64,000 bases of DNA from a virus (IMGVR_UViG_3300031963_000058:24100-88099), one strand, 5' to 3'; positions 39,115 through 47,601 are shown, numbered from the stretch's first letter. A program made the numbers and translations. Notes: a model not told the origin generated them from the sequence alone.

Positions 39115-39378
39115 ATGGACATTAAAGAAATCATTGAGAAAATTGAAACCCTTCAGATTGAACTTGGAGTCATTAAAGATGAAAATGATTACCTGAAGGA
39201 ACAACTAAATGAGATGAATTCCAAACTTGAGGACCTTGAAAACGAGTATTATGAATTCAAGACATCTTTGTATGATCTTGAAGAACATGTTGATGATTCG
39301 ATTGAAGAACTTGAGGAAATAGTTGACAGTTTTAAAATGAAGCTCGAATTGATGGAAAAGGCTGAGTATGCTGTGTAG
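39115..39378 (+). CDS. acidic coiled-coil protein (87 aa)
   Basis: ORF with a heptad-like E/L-rich sequence. Confidence 0.45.
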   Translation: MDIKEIIEKIETLQIELGVIKDENDYLKEQLNEMNSKLEDLENEYYEFKTSLYDLEEHVDDSIEELEEIVDSFKMKLELMEKAEYAV

Positions 39379-39491
39379 TCCTGTGTGATTTGTGGTTTAA
39401 AAAATTTTTGAGCATTGATTTGGTGCGGGTTGTATCGAACAGTGCTCAAAGATTTTTGGTTATATATTGCAACCTTATTAAAAATTGTATT

Positions 39492-39767
39492 ATGAAAATA
39501 TTAGATTATTTAGTTAAAGCTAAAAAAGAAGGGAAATCTTGGGCTGATATGGCAATATACAATTTTTATAAATCTCGTATTAAACATATTAGACGTGATA
39601 AGGGCAAAATAACTCGTAGTGATTTAGATGATATATTTAATAGTTCTGTTGATATTACAAATACTAGAGATATTTTATTTTATGCCTTCGAGTGGGCATC
39701 GACCAGTGAAGGCTACAATTACTGGCATAATATTTATCACACTGATCTATTACATGAAAATACTTGA
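39492..39767 (+). CDS. hypothetical protein, first copy of a tandem duplicate pair
   Basis: MKILDYLVKAKKEGKSWADMAIYNFY...W aligns with the next gene. The listed ORF starts upstream at 39390. Confidence 0.45.
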   Translation: MKILDYLVKAKKEGKSWADMAIYNFYKSRIKHIRRDKGKITRSDLDDIFNSSVDITNTRDILFYAFEWASTSEGYNYWHNIYHTDLLHENT

Positions 39768-40026
39768 ATATTTTTGTGAAGCAAAAAAACAGGGCAAACC
39801 CTGGGCCGAAGATGCCATCTCTTGTTATTACAACTATATGCTTAGATCGTCTAGATCTGATAGTGTTGAGGCGAATGATTTAATGAATTATATTAAGAGT
39901 AAATCTAGTTACTCAAAGTACCCCCCAGATTGTATACTTGCGGGTTTCGACTGGCGTAAAACACCACATGGTCGTGATTATTGGTGTAAAATATATGATA
40001 AAGAATGTGAATTAAACGAAAACTAA
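39754..40026 (+). CDS. hypothetical protein, second copy of the tandem duplicate pair
   Basis: MKILEYFCEAKKQGKPWAEDAISCYY...; it overlaps the end of copy 1 by 14 nt in another frame. Confidence 0.45.
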   Translation: MKILEYFCEAKKQGKPWAEDAISCYYNYMLRSSRSDSVEANDLMNYIKSKSSYSKYPPDCILAGFDWRKTPHGRDYWCKIYDKECELNEN

Positions 40027-40039
40027 AATAATAAAACAC

Positions 40040-40423
40040 ATGCAAACTATTAATGAAATAGAAGAACAAATTAGAATCGCAGAAGAAACTCTGGAATCTC
40101 TTAAAAATGAGTATGATAAACTAACTATTATTGCGGAAAAGAGGCGTGTTTATGAGTACTTTTTTGATGCTGTAAAAAAATCTAACCTACCAATTACTAA
40201 ATTGGTAGATGTTGATACATTTCTTAAGAAAGATCTATCGATCACGGATTATTTTGCGTGTGCATACTCTGGCGGAGTTGTTTATTTAATTAATTATCTT
40301 GTTACTTCATCTTTATATTCTGTTAGCGGAACTACGTCAGATACAAACAACTGTGCTCGGCTTTTTTTCAGTGAAAACCTGGATGACATTATGCTGTATC
40401 TACATAATCGATTAGTAGAATAA
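40040..40423 (+). CDS. hypothetical protein (127 aa)
   Basis: ORF. Confidence 0.45.
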   Translation: MQTINEIEEQIRIAEETLESLKNEYDKLTIIAEKRRVYEYFFDAVKKSNLPITKLVDVDTFLKKDLSITDYFACAYSGGVVYLINYLVTSSLYSVSGTTSDTNNCARLFFSENLDDIMLYLHNRLVE

Positions 40424-40457
40424 TAAAAAAATATTTGGTAGATTCAGAATAACCCTA

Positions 40458-40465
40458 TATCTTTG
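40458..40465 (+). promoter_or_regulatory. Bacteroidota-type -7 box TATCTTTG
   Basis: About 20 nt upstream of the ATG at 40485. Confidence 0.5.
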
Positions 40466-40484
40466 CATCAAGAAAAAAAAAGAC

Positions 40485-40787
40485 ATGACTGACACATTCA
40501 CACAAGTTTCACCTAAATGTTTTCACAAAACAAACCAGGTATTGGATAGCTTTCCGAAAGATTGCTATATCGATATTCTTTTAAATGGTGAGACATCTCT
40601 TGCTGACACAACAGATGTTGATTTTGGTACTGAATCTGAAGACAGCCTGTTTTACCTTCAGGTTAATCAAGAAGAAGGCGTTCCTAGTCAATTCACATCC
40701 GGACAAGAGTTCATAAACGAGATTATCGTGGGGCTCATTGATGGCCGACATAAACTTGTTAGATATGGTCAACAAACTTCTCTTTAA
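40485..40787 (+). CDS. acidic hypothetical protein (100 aa)
   Basis: ORF. The antisense ORF 40581..40775 is rejected. Confidence 0.45.
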   Translation: MTDTFTQVSPKCFHKTNQVLDSFPKDCYIDILLNGETSLADTTDVDFGTESEDSLFYLQVNQEEGVPSQFTSGQEFINEIIVGLIDGRHKLVRYGQQTSL

Positions 40788-40963
40788 ATTTTGGAGTAAC
40801 TTCTTAGTTACCAGTTTTGGGCTTGCATTTGTTGAGCTCTTTGAGTCGATTATTTGTATCGCTACTGTTGGGCTTGTCCGTGTGAGATGGTCCTTTCATT
40901 ACATTTGCTTCTGCACAAGAATGCAAATTAAATACTCGCGTAAAATCAACAACTAGATAAATT

Positions 40964-41005
40964 AAAATATGTGAATATTTATTACATATAATATTCACAT
41001 ATTTT
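40964..41005. promoter_or_regulatory. Perfect 16-bp inverted repeat (AAAATATGTGAATATT - 10 nt - AATATTCACATATTTT) abutting the start codon of 41006
   Basis: Read directly from the sequence. The right arm ends 1 nt before the ATG. It is a candidate operator or a hairpin. Confidence 0.4.
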
Positions 41006-42424
41006 ATGCGGAACAAAAAACAACTTTTTGAGGCTTTAAAACCATCTGAGATTAGGCCTTATATGGGGCTTGATCGTCGGCTAGCTAATCAAAGAATAGA
41101 AAATGTATGGGATAACTTAAAAAAAATAGCTAATTACAAAAACAAATCTGGGGATAGATTATATTTCACATTAGATGACGTTAAAAACGACTCTGATGAT
41201 AAACATATCCTGGAATGTGAGCCTATTATTACAAAATTTCTAGGATATAGAGGTTATGAGGTTGTAAATTTTTACAAAGGAAAAGTAAAAAAATTTAATG
41301 ATAAAAATATTATCAATATTGGTAAAGTTTTAACTTTTTTAGGTAAAAGGGATAAAGAGGCACTTGATCTATTAAAAAAATATGCTGGGGAGAAAAGTTT
41401 ATTATCTATTGGTGACGATTATTTAATTGTTATTAGCAAGCATCCATATGACATAGTAGGTATGAGTACAGATAGAAATTGGACTTCCTGCATGAATATA
41501 AGAGATGATAAAGTTTCTCAATATAACAAATATCTCCCGTTAGACATAACTCAAGGCACTATTGTGTCTTATTTGATAAAACGACATGATCTTAATATTA
41601 AAAGACCAATAGCTAGGATTTTAATAAAACCTTATTATTCTATAGACAAGAGAACTGATATATTGTATGGCGTTGAATATGACTCTTTTACTAAATATGG
41701 TTTACATAATAAAAATTATCCCAAAACGTTGTTAAGAATTTTTGATTATTGCCAGAAAGGTAAAACTGGGGTTTTTGTCCAAGATAGTAAATTATACGAT
41801 TCAAATAACGCGGTTCCAATAGTTAATGACGTATATTATCAGAGAAAGATTGATAAATTATCTAAACAAACTAGTAGGTTACTTGGAAACTTAACACCTG
41901 AAAGACTTTTTATTATAGCACCTTGGTTAGCGGAAGCATCTTTCAGTAATGCTGTGTTTTCTGTTCAGCATAAAAACAATGACGATGACGATTTAAAAAT
42001 AATATTTCTTGAAGGAGAGTGGTATGATGGAGATTGGATTGATGGCAAATTTTTTGGTGGCACATGGCATAATGGTACATGGCATAATGGTATATTTAAT
42101 GATAGCCGGTGGGAAAACGGCAGATGGCTTAATGGCACATTTACTAATAATAGTAGATGGAATGATGGTACATGGCATAAAGGTACATTTACTAATGATA
42201 GTACATGGAATAATGGTACATGGCATGATGGTATATTTAATTATAGTACATGGAATAATGGTACATGGCATAATGGCACATTTAAAGATAGTAGATGGTT
42301 TTATGGAACATTTGTTATGGGATTTTGGCGTGATGGAAAATGGTTTCAAGGTGAATGGCATGAAGGAGAAATCTTTGATCATGAAATCAAAACTTTTGTA
42401 AAATCATATTATCCACCTAGATAG
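41006..42424 (+). CDS. protein with C-terminal Trp/Gly/Asn-rich tandem repeats (472 aa)
   Basis: The C-terminal ~130 aa consists of degenerate 8-residue units (GTWHNGTW / NGIFNDSR / WENGRWLN ...). The overlapping ORFs 41993..42382 and 42009..42401 are repeat artefacts. Confidence 0.6.
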   Translation: MRNKKQLFEALKPSEIRPYMGLDRRLANQRIENVWDNLKKIANYKNKSGDRLYFTLDDVKNDSDDKHILECEPIITKFLGYRGYEVVNFYKGKVKKFNDKNIINIGKVLTFLGKRDKEALDLLKKYAGEKSLLSIGDDYLIVISKHPYDIVGMSTDRNWTSCMNIRDDKVSQYNKYLPLDITQGTIVSYLIKRHDLNIKRPIARILIKPYYSIDKRTDILYGVEYDSFTKYGLHNKNYPKTLLRIFDYCQKGKTGVFVQDSKLYDSNNAVPIVNDVYYQRKIDKLSKQTSRLLGNLTPERLFIIAPWLAEASFSNAVFSVQHKNNDDDDLKIIFLEGEWYDGDWIDGKFFGGTWHNGTWHNGIFNDSRWENGRWLNGTFTNNSRWNDGTWHKGTFTNDSTWNNGTWHDGIFNYSTWNNGTWHNGTFKDSRWFYGTFVMGFWRDGKWFQGEWHEGEIFDHEIKTFVKSYYPPR

Positions 42425-42440
42425 TTAGAAATAAAATACA

Positions 42441-42448
42441 TACCTTTG
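42441..42448 (+). promoter_or_regulatory. Bacteroidota-type -7 box TACCTTTG
   Basis: Upstream of 42510. Confidence 0.45.
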
Positions 42449-42509
42449 CGGTATCAAAAAACGAGAGCAAAATCTCGATATCTTTTTTTTCTAAACAAAC
42501 TCAAATCAT

Positions 42510-43388
42510 ATGTTTAAAAGCAACACAGTAAAGTACTCGGCCATTGTGGTCGGGGTGATTCTTCTTTCGTATCTGGTACTCAACCTCATCATGCGAACCT
42601 ACGTCAAACCCAACCAAGTTGGTGTATGGATGACAAATGGGGGTATGAATGGTGAATCAGATTATCAGGTCTGGACCGGATATTTTCCGGTTGACTTCTC
42701 TCCACTCACAAGGTCATTCGTGATTCCTAGTCAATCGTATAGTATCGACCTCGAAAAATCGGTTGTTCTATCGAAAGAAAATGGTGAATGGACAGTAGAT
42801 CCGCAATTCACGTTTTCGATTGATCGGGAGCAAGCTGTTCGAATTTGTCACAGGTATAACTCTTTTTTGGCTAGTGGTGAAGACGACAAGTTTTTGAGTT
42901 CTGTAGGTCAGTACATTCTAACTCCGATCATTCGTAATTCATTTACTGAAATTATTGGGTCACTGAAGGACACTATTATGATGGATGACAAGGTTCGGGT
43001 TCAGAGGATGCTGGAGGATTCTGTTCGTATTGGGTTTAAGCGGGTAGGTTTTGTGCTTGATAATTTTGTCACAGGAGTAACGCCTCCATCGAGCATTCTA
43101 AGGACCAACCAGGCTAAGAACGAAGCTTTGCAAACGGTTTATGCGGCCAAGGCTGAGGTTGAGAAGGCGAATGCTCAAGCGGCTGTAAAGTTGGCTACGG
43201 CTAAAGCGGATGCTGAGGCGATGCTTATCACGGCGAAAGCTGATTCTGAAGCTAGGCGTCTTAAACAACAAACCCTATCTCCTTTGGTTATCCAGTCGAT
43301 GTTTATTGACAAGTGGGATGGGGCACTTCCTCAAACTTCTCTTAGTGGGAATACCGGTATTATGCTACCGGGGGGACTTATTAAGTAG
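42510..43388 (+). CDS. SPFH / band-7 (prohibitin/HflK-like) membrane protein
   Basis: An N-terminal TM segment is followed by an SPFH-like body and a C-terminal Ala-rich coiled coil (AKAEVEKANAQAAVKLATAKADAEAMLITAKADSEARRLKQQ), typical of the family. The gene is GC-richer than its flanks. Confidence 0.55.
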   Translation: MFKSNTVKYSAIVVGVILLSYLVLNLIMRTYVKPNQVGVWMTNGGMNGESDYQVWTGYFPVDFSPLTRSFVIPSQSYSIDLEKSVVLSKENGEWTVDPQFTFSIDREQAVRICHRYNSFLASGEDDKFLSSVGQYILTPIIRNSFTEIIGSLKDTIMMDDKVRVQRMLEDSVRIGFKRVGFVLDNFVTGVTPPSSILRTNQAKNEALQTVYAAKAEVEKANAQAAVKLATAKADAEAMLITAKADSEARRLKQQTLSPLVIQSMFIDKWDGALPQTSLSGNTGIMLPGGLIK

Positions 43389-43400
43389 TTAAGTTTTATT

Positions 43401-43436
43401 TGGGTCACGAATTAGTTTCGTGACCCATTTTTTTTA
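43401..43436 (+). terminator. Intrinsic terminator hairpin (TGGGTCACGAA / TTCGTGACCCA, 11-bp stem) plus a T8 run
   Basis: Perfect inverted repeat directly after the stop of the SPFH gene. Confidence 0.75.
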
Positions 43437-43457
43437 TGCGTGAGTATATATATTATT

Positions 43458-44006
43458 ATGAATAAGTTAATAATAACAGAAACCCAGCTTAACAATATAG
43501 TTAAAAATGTCATATTTGAGCAAGAAGAAAGTCTTAGTTCGCTTAAGAAAGCGGCATATAAATTATATTTTATAACAAACTCTATATTAGAGTTCATCAA
43601 TAAAAACAATCTCATAGTTAGAGATGTTAATTATGATTTTGTTGATGATGACATTGTGAGTAATCGGGAGGACTCTTTTAATAGAAAAATATTAAACGCC
43701 GGGTATGCGTCTTTTTTGCGGGGTGAGATAGTTAAGATAAAAGAGACTATTAATGTAATTATGGATAATTTGCAGCCTGATTATAGGCTAGTAAGCTTTA
43801 TAGATAGTTTTCAGAGGCAGGTTTTAAAAGATCTTGAGTTGTATCTTAAAAAGATAGATGAGCTGAGTATTGATGCGGAAAATTTATATGATGGATATGA
43901 TGATCGATTAGAAGATTTGCTTGGTTATATTATGGGTAAACAATATGAATTATCGCATAATTTATCTAATTCTTGTGATTATTTGTTAGAGATAATTGAA
44001 TCGTAG
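43458..44006 (+). CDS. hypothetical protein with an RLTE-like N-terminal module (182 aa)
   Basis: MNKLIITETQLNNIVKNVIFEQ resembles the shared module. The GTG start listed at 43440 lies inside the terminator T-run. Confidence 0.45.
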   Translation: MNKLIITETQLNNIVKNVIFEQEESLSSLKKAAYKLYFITNSILEFINKNNLIVRDVNYDFVDDDIVSNREDSFNRKILNAGYASFLRGEIVKIKETINVIMDNLQPDYRLVSFIDSFQRQVLKDLELYLKKIDELSIDAENLYDGYDDRLEDLLGYIMGKQYELSHNLSNSCDYLLEIIES

Positions 44007-44007
44007 A

Positions 44008-44047
44008 AAAAAATATTTGGTAGTCTCAAATAATGGTTATATCTTTG
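44008..44047 (+). promoter_or_regulatory. Promoter cassette: TTTG (-33-like, inside ATATTTGG) - spacer - TATCTTTG (-7)
   Basis: A near-identical ~55-nt cassette recurs at 44825..44865. Confidence 0.5.
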
Positions 44048-44099
44048 CAGTATCAAACAAAGGTAATCGCGTGTTGCGTTATCTAAAAAAAATCACATC

Positions 44100-44258
44100 A
44101 TGATCAAGACTGAAATTTTTAGTGATGCAGTAATTTTATTTATAATTTTGTTCGCTTACTTAATGGCGAAAGATAAGGGTAAAAAAACTACAGAAGCGTT
44201 TTTGGACTCTACGATTGATACGTGTTTTATTCTTATTGCAATTTATGTTTTCTCTTAA
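44100..44258 (+). CDS. small membrane protein (52 aa)
   Basis: Unlisted ORF downstream of the promoter cassette; it has two hydrophobic segments. Confidence 0.3.
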   Translation: MIKTEIFSDAVILFIILFAYLMAKDKGKKTTEAFLDSTIDTCFILIAIYVFS

Positions 44259-44272
44259 AAAAAATCAATAAC

Positions 44273-44623
44273 ATGTTTACACCTGATGAATCGTCTCTAA
44301 TAATTAATGCCTTGATGGCATATGGCATTGAGAAGTCGAATATTTATGATAAACTATATGCTATGAATGATGGCTTGTTTGCTGAGAATAAACCTGGGCA
44401 TTCGCTTGGAATGATGTCACTTAATGAGCTAAGTATTGCAAAGTCTATCTTGGAGGACAGGATTCAGAAGCACTATGAATGGTCTAGAGCGTATCAGTAC
44501 ATTGATCTTGAGAAGCATATTGCCAGAACCAAAGAAGCTAATGATGATCCTAAGATCAAATCTTACGGTGAAAAACTCAATCGGATTAACGAAAGGATCG
44601 AAACTATTATTAATTCAATTTAA
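44273..44623 (+). CDS. hypothetical protein (117 aa)
   Basis: Internal ATG chosen (MFTPDESSL...); the listed ORF starts at 44222. Confidence 0.45.
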   Translation: MFTPDESSLIINALMAYGIEKSNIYDKLYAMNDGLFAENKPGHSLGMMSLNELSIAKSILEDRIQKHYEWSRAYQYIDLEKHIARTKEANDDPKIKSYGEKLNRINERIETIINSI

Positions 44624-44634
44624 AACCAACAATC

Positions 44635-44820
44635 ATGTTTAATTTCCAAAATACTTGCTCATTATTGTTCATTTTCATTTTTATTGAAATTTTCATTTTG
44701 CTTTTTGCAATGGCATTACCTATTAGTGTATATGAGAAATATCAAAAGGAATTTGAGAATGTGTTTGTTTTTATAGCATTTATATTGTTATTGTGTTTGT
44801 TATTTGTATTTTTTGTTTAA
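44635..44820 (+). CDS. small hydrophobic membrane protein (61 aa)
   Basis: Two TM-like segments. Confidence 0.35.
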   Translation: MFNFQNTCSLLFIFIFIEIFILLFAMALPISVYEKYQKEFENVFVFIAFILLLCLLFVFFV

Positions 44821-44824
44821 ACTT

Positions 44825-44865
44825 GAAAAAATATTTGCTAGTATCAAATAAAGGATATATCTTTG
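44825..44865 (+). promoter_or_regulatory. Second copy of the promoter cassette (ATATTTGC ... TATCTTTG)
   Basis: Duplicate of 44008..44047. It drives the tRNA-like element immediately downstream. Confidence 0.5.
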
Positions 44866-44879
44866 CAGTGTTAAATAAA

Positions 44880-44927
44880 GGGTGATGGGGTGCTTCACAA
44901 TAGGGTTCGAATCCCGCACTTCCGCTA
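44880..44927 (+). ncRNA. tRNA-like fragment / minihelix (T-arm-like GGG-TTCGAAT-CCC inside a GGTGC/GCACT stem) with its own promoter
   Basis: Contains the canonical T-loop sequence GGTTCGAATCC, but no full cloverleaf could be folded by hand. Confidence 0.3.
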
Positions 44928-45001
44928 GGGGGTGTGTAAGTGGGGTTAAATGTGACCGCCGGAAAACAGCCTAATCGTTGAACAAAAAAAAACAAAAAAA
45001 A

Positions 45002-45199
45002 ATGCTAAAAATTATTGAAGGTCTGCTTTACAATCTTGTAATGTTCTTCTCATTGGTAAAAATCGGGCAGGGTAAAGATGTGTATTTTTATGCATTTTGC
45101 TTTACAGGTTGCTTATGTGGTTTGATTGTATCAGTAGTTAACACGAATATTTCGATTCTGGAGGATAAATTATCTGAGAAAGATAAAAACCCAAAATAA
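45002..45199 (+). CDS. small membrane protein (65 aa)
   Basis: ATG at 45002; hydrophobic. Confidence 0.35.
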   Translation: MLKIIEGLLYNLVMFFSLVKIGQGKDVYFYAFCFTGCLCGLIVSVVNTNISILEDKLSEKDKNPK

Positions 45200-45353
45200 A
45201 ATAATAATGAAGTAGGAGACCAAACTATTAAGTTTGCTGAAGGTCCCGAATTCTTTAAAGCGCAAAAGGCATCAGTTACTCTCGAATGAGGCTCAAAACG
45301 AGCTGAGGAATACACGGGTCTTACGGAAACGTATCGAGCATTATTTATTTATT

Positions 45354-45432
45354 GGTCAGGTGGCGGAATTGGCAGACGTACCATATAAGACAGACTGCAT
45401 TGGTTTTACAGGTTCGAATCCTGTCCTGGTCA
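45354..45432 (+). tRNA. tRNA-like gene with a Leu-type D-arm (GGCGGAATTGGCAGAC) and an atypical, enlarged anticodon-arm region
   Basis: Acceptor GGTCAGG pairs with CCTGGTC (two G-U pairs) and U8 is present. T-arm ACAGG-TTCGAAT-CCTGT. The anticodon region ACCAT-ATAAGAC-(AGACTGC)-ATTGGT carries about 8 extra nt, with a possible anticodon AAG. Confidence 0.45.
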
Positions 45433-45469
45433 CAATCTTTTACTCAATTAACTTAACATTTTTAAAAAA

Positions 45470-45892
45470 ATGGCTGAAGTGTTAAAATATGATGTTCAAG
45501 AACAAATTGAATCATGTCTTAAATCATCTAAGACACGATTTAATTTGTTGGATACAGATAATATTGGTTGTGTGTACGAAGTTTTCGTATCTTCGCTTCC
45601 CTGTTATATTCAAGTTGAATATGATTTGGAAACAGAAGAAGATGATTGTGTGATCATTCAATTTTTTGCTAAAGTTGGTGACGGAGATAATTATTTATAT
45701 CATGAGATCTGGGATAGTACTAATAATAGTACTTCTATAGAAGATGAAATTTATGAACTAGTTGAAGCAAACAAGAAATTTAACAAAGTATTGAATAAAA
45801 TCAATAAAAATCTTGAAAGTATTAAAGAGATTTGTCAAGATCACGGATTAGAATATGAAGATTTCATCCAGGTAAAATATAATTTCGAATGA
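45470..45892 (+). CDS. acidic hypothetical protein (140 aa)
   Basis: ORF. Confidence 0.45.
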   Translation: MAEVLKYDVQEQIESCLKSSKTRFNLLDTDNIGCVYEVFVSSLPCYIQVEYDLETEEDDCVIIQFFAKVGDGDNYLYHEIWDSTNNSTSIEDEIYELVEANKKFNKVLNKINKNLESIKEICQDHGLEYEDFIQVKYNFE

Positions 45893-45962
45893 TAAAAATG
45901 CAATACGGATAGAAAATTTCAGTGGAAAGAAAAAAAAACTTGCATGGATTAAATAAACGTAT

Positions 45963-45970
45963 TATCTTTG
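45963..45970 (+). promoter_or_regulatory. Bacteroidota-type -7 box TATCTTTG only 5 nt from the ATG, possibly a leaderless transcript
   Basis: The arrangement is TATCTTTGTAGC-ATG, with an upstream TTGCA. Confidence 0.45.
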
Positions 45971-45974
45971 TAGC

Positions 45975-46361
45975 ATGAAACTAAAGAGATTTGAACTAAC
46001 AGAACTATATCTGGAGATTATAGTTATTCTTGGTATAATTCTCACATTTATAATAATCTTTTTTTCTGTTAATATAATTAAAAACTCAGGTTATATGAGT
46101 GAAAAATTACTTACACATTGTGACGGTGTTCCGTCACAACATTCAGTTGGTGACAGCGTTAGAACTAAAGAAAATATATGTAGCCTTCTAAGAACACATA
46201 TATTATATCGACGAAACGATAATACAGGAATTGAGGAATATCTCGGAAAAGATTGTAAGATTGTCGAAGTCCGTTATACTGAAGAGTATAAATGTTACAT
46301 ATATCTGATAGATATTGACAATGGTGATTATTGGTGGGTTGATGAATCTTTTACAAATTAA
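45975..46361 (+). CDS. hypothetical protein with an N-terminal TM segment (128 aa)
   Basis: ORF. Confidence 0.45.
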   Translation: MKLKRFELTELYLEIIVILGIILTFIIIFFSVNIIKNSGYMSEKLLTHCDGVPSQHSVGDSVRTKENICSLLRTHILYRRNDNTGIEEYLGKDCKIVEVRYTEEYKCYIYLIDIDNGDYWWVDESFTN

Positions 46362-46381
46362 ACATATTTCAAAAAAATATC

Positions 46382-47113
46382 ATGGTAGCTGGAAACTATT
46401 ATTATATAACAAATCACACACACAATTTTCTCACTAATAAACTTGTGTTTTGTGTTGAGGTTAACGACAATACTTGCACTCTAAGATGTGGTGTTGTATC
46501 TTATGATATAGATCTATCAACTATTACATACAATAAAGTAAATTTGCCGCCAGCAACACCGGAACCAACACCTACAGTTGAAGGACCTGCGTTCACGGCA
46601 TATACGTGGTCGTATACCTATGACGCGAAGCCAAAACCGCTAGAATATGGGCAAATTCATGGTAATAAGATTATCAAGAATAAGAAAGGTTATTTGTATC
46701 GATTTGGTAATACCAATTTGATTCTTTGGTTTGACATGCTCTATGGTCATGAAAATGATAAGATACAGTATCGTCTACCGTTTAGCCCTATTCGGACATC
46801 ATCTATTTTGCCTGAGGATTATTACGACGCTGATAAAATGCCCGCTTGGAGTCTTCATGCTAAAGGCAGCTTGAAATATACAACCTGTGGGGCGAAGTTA
46901 TTTCATGTATATCTAGGTAATCCGGATGATGATTATACATTATTATTGCTAGATGCTGACGTTAATTGCGATCTTAATTATTTTGGTGATCTTGTAAACC
47001 ATTATAATAAAGTACAAATCGGTAATGATAATTTTACACTAGGCCTTTTTAGAAGTGATTATACAGATGCGATTAATCTTTCTGAGATTGTTGACATTGA
47101 TCAGATTAAGTAA
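46382..47113 (+). CDS. member 1 of the 46-51 kb paralogue family (243 aa)
   Basis: Shares blocks (G.TN..I.L...Y...P.R.....C.G......) with 48642 and 50267. Confidence 0.5.
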   Translation: MVAGNYYYITNHTHNFLTNKLVFCVEVNDNTCTLRCGVVSYDIDLSTITYNKVNLPPATPEPTPTVEGPAFTAYTWSYTYDAKPKPLEYGQIHGNKIIKNKKGYLYRFGNTNLILWFDMLYGHENDKIQYRLPFSPIRTSSILPEDYYDADKMPAWSLHAKGSLKYTTCGAKLFHVYLGNPDDDYTLLLLDADVNCDLNYFGDLVNHYNKVQIGNDNFTLGLFRSDYTDAINLSEIVDIDQIK

Positions 47114-47130
47114 CTGTGAGGTTTGTAGAT

Positions 47131-47170
47131 AAAAAAAATGCACAACCGTAAATTATTGTAGTTTTTTTTT
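47131..47170 (+). terminator. Degenerate copy of the A-run/TGCACAA.../T-run terminator cassette
   Basis: AAAAAAAATGCACAACCGTAAATTATTGTAG followed by a T10 run. Confidence 0.4.
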
Positions 47171-47202
47171 TATCAAGATATTTATTATTAAAAATAATAA
47201 TT

Positions 47203-47601
47203 ATGAAAAAAATTATAAGACTAACTGAAGATGATTTAACAAGGATTGTTAAACGAATTATTAGCGAAGAAAAAAAATCAAAACATACGGATTATTATCG
47301 TATATATGGAGGAAAAAACAAGAAAAATCCTCCGTTTGAACCGGGTACAAAGATAAAACGTAAATGGAGAGTAGATGATGATGGAGAAGTAATAAAAGAC
47401 GGAAGAGAAATGTATGAGTTTGTGAGAATGGACGGAAACGTGATGAAGTTAAGGCCTCTAAACAAAGAGGCTCTATATAGTCAAGATACCACGCATCCAG
47501 AATATATAAAAAAGAATCAAAAAGCTGGATATAAGCCTAGATATGAAGATCTTGTACAGCTTCACTATAATCACGCAGACGCTTTCGAAGTCGTAAGTTA
47601 A
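47203..47601 (+). CDS. hypothetical protein with the shared N-terminal RLTE module (132 aa)
   Basis: N-terminus is MKKIIRLTEDDLTRIVKRIISEEKK. Confidence 0.5.
   Translation: MKKIIRLTEDDLTRIVKRIISEEKKSKHTDYYRIYGGKNKKNPPFEPGTKIKRKWRVDDDGEVIKDGREMYEFVRMDGNVMKLRPLNKEALYSQDTTHPEYIKKNQKAGYKPRYEDLVQLHYNHADAFEVVS

Noticed and set aside
40738-41016. ORFs 40738..40956 (+) and 40804..41016 (-) in the gap before gene 41006
   Set aside because: They have no start context, overlap each other on opposite strands and span the 16-bp inverted repeat. The region is more plausibly regulatory or intergenic.
41993-42401. ORFs 41993..42382 (-) and 42009..42401 (+) with repetitive H/M/G/I-rich translations
   Set aside because: They are alternative-frame and antisense readings of the tandem DNA repeats that encode the W/G/N-rich repeats of the 41006..42424 protein.
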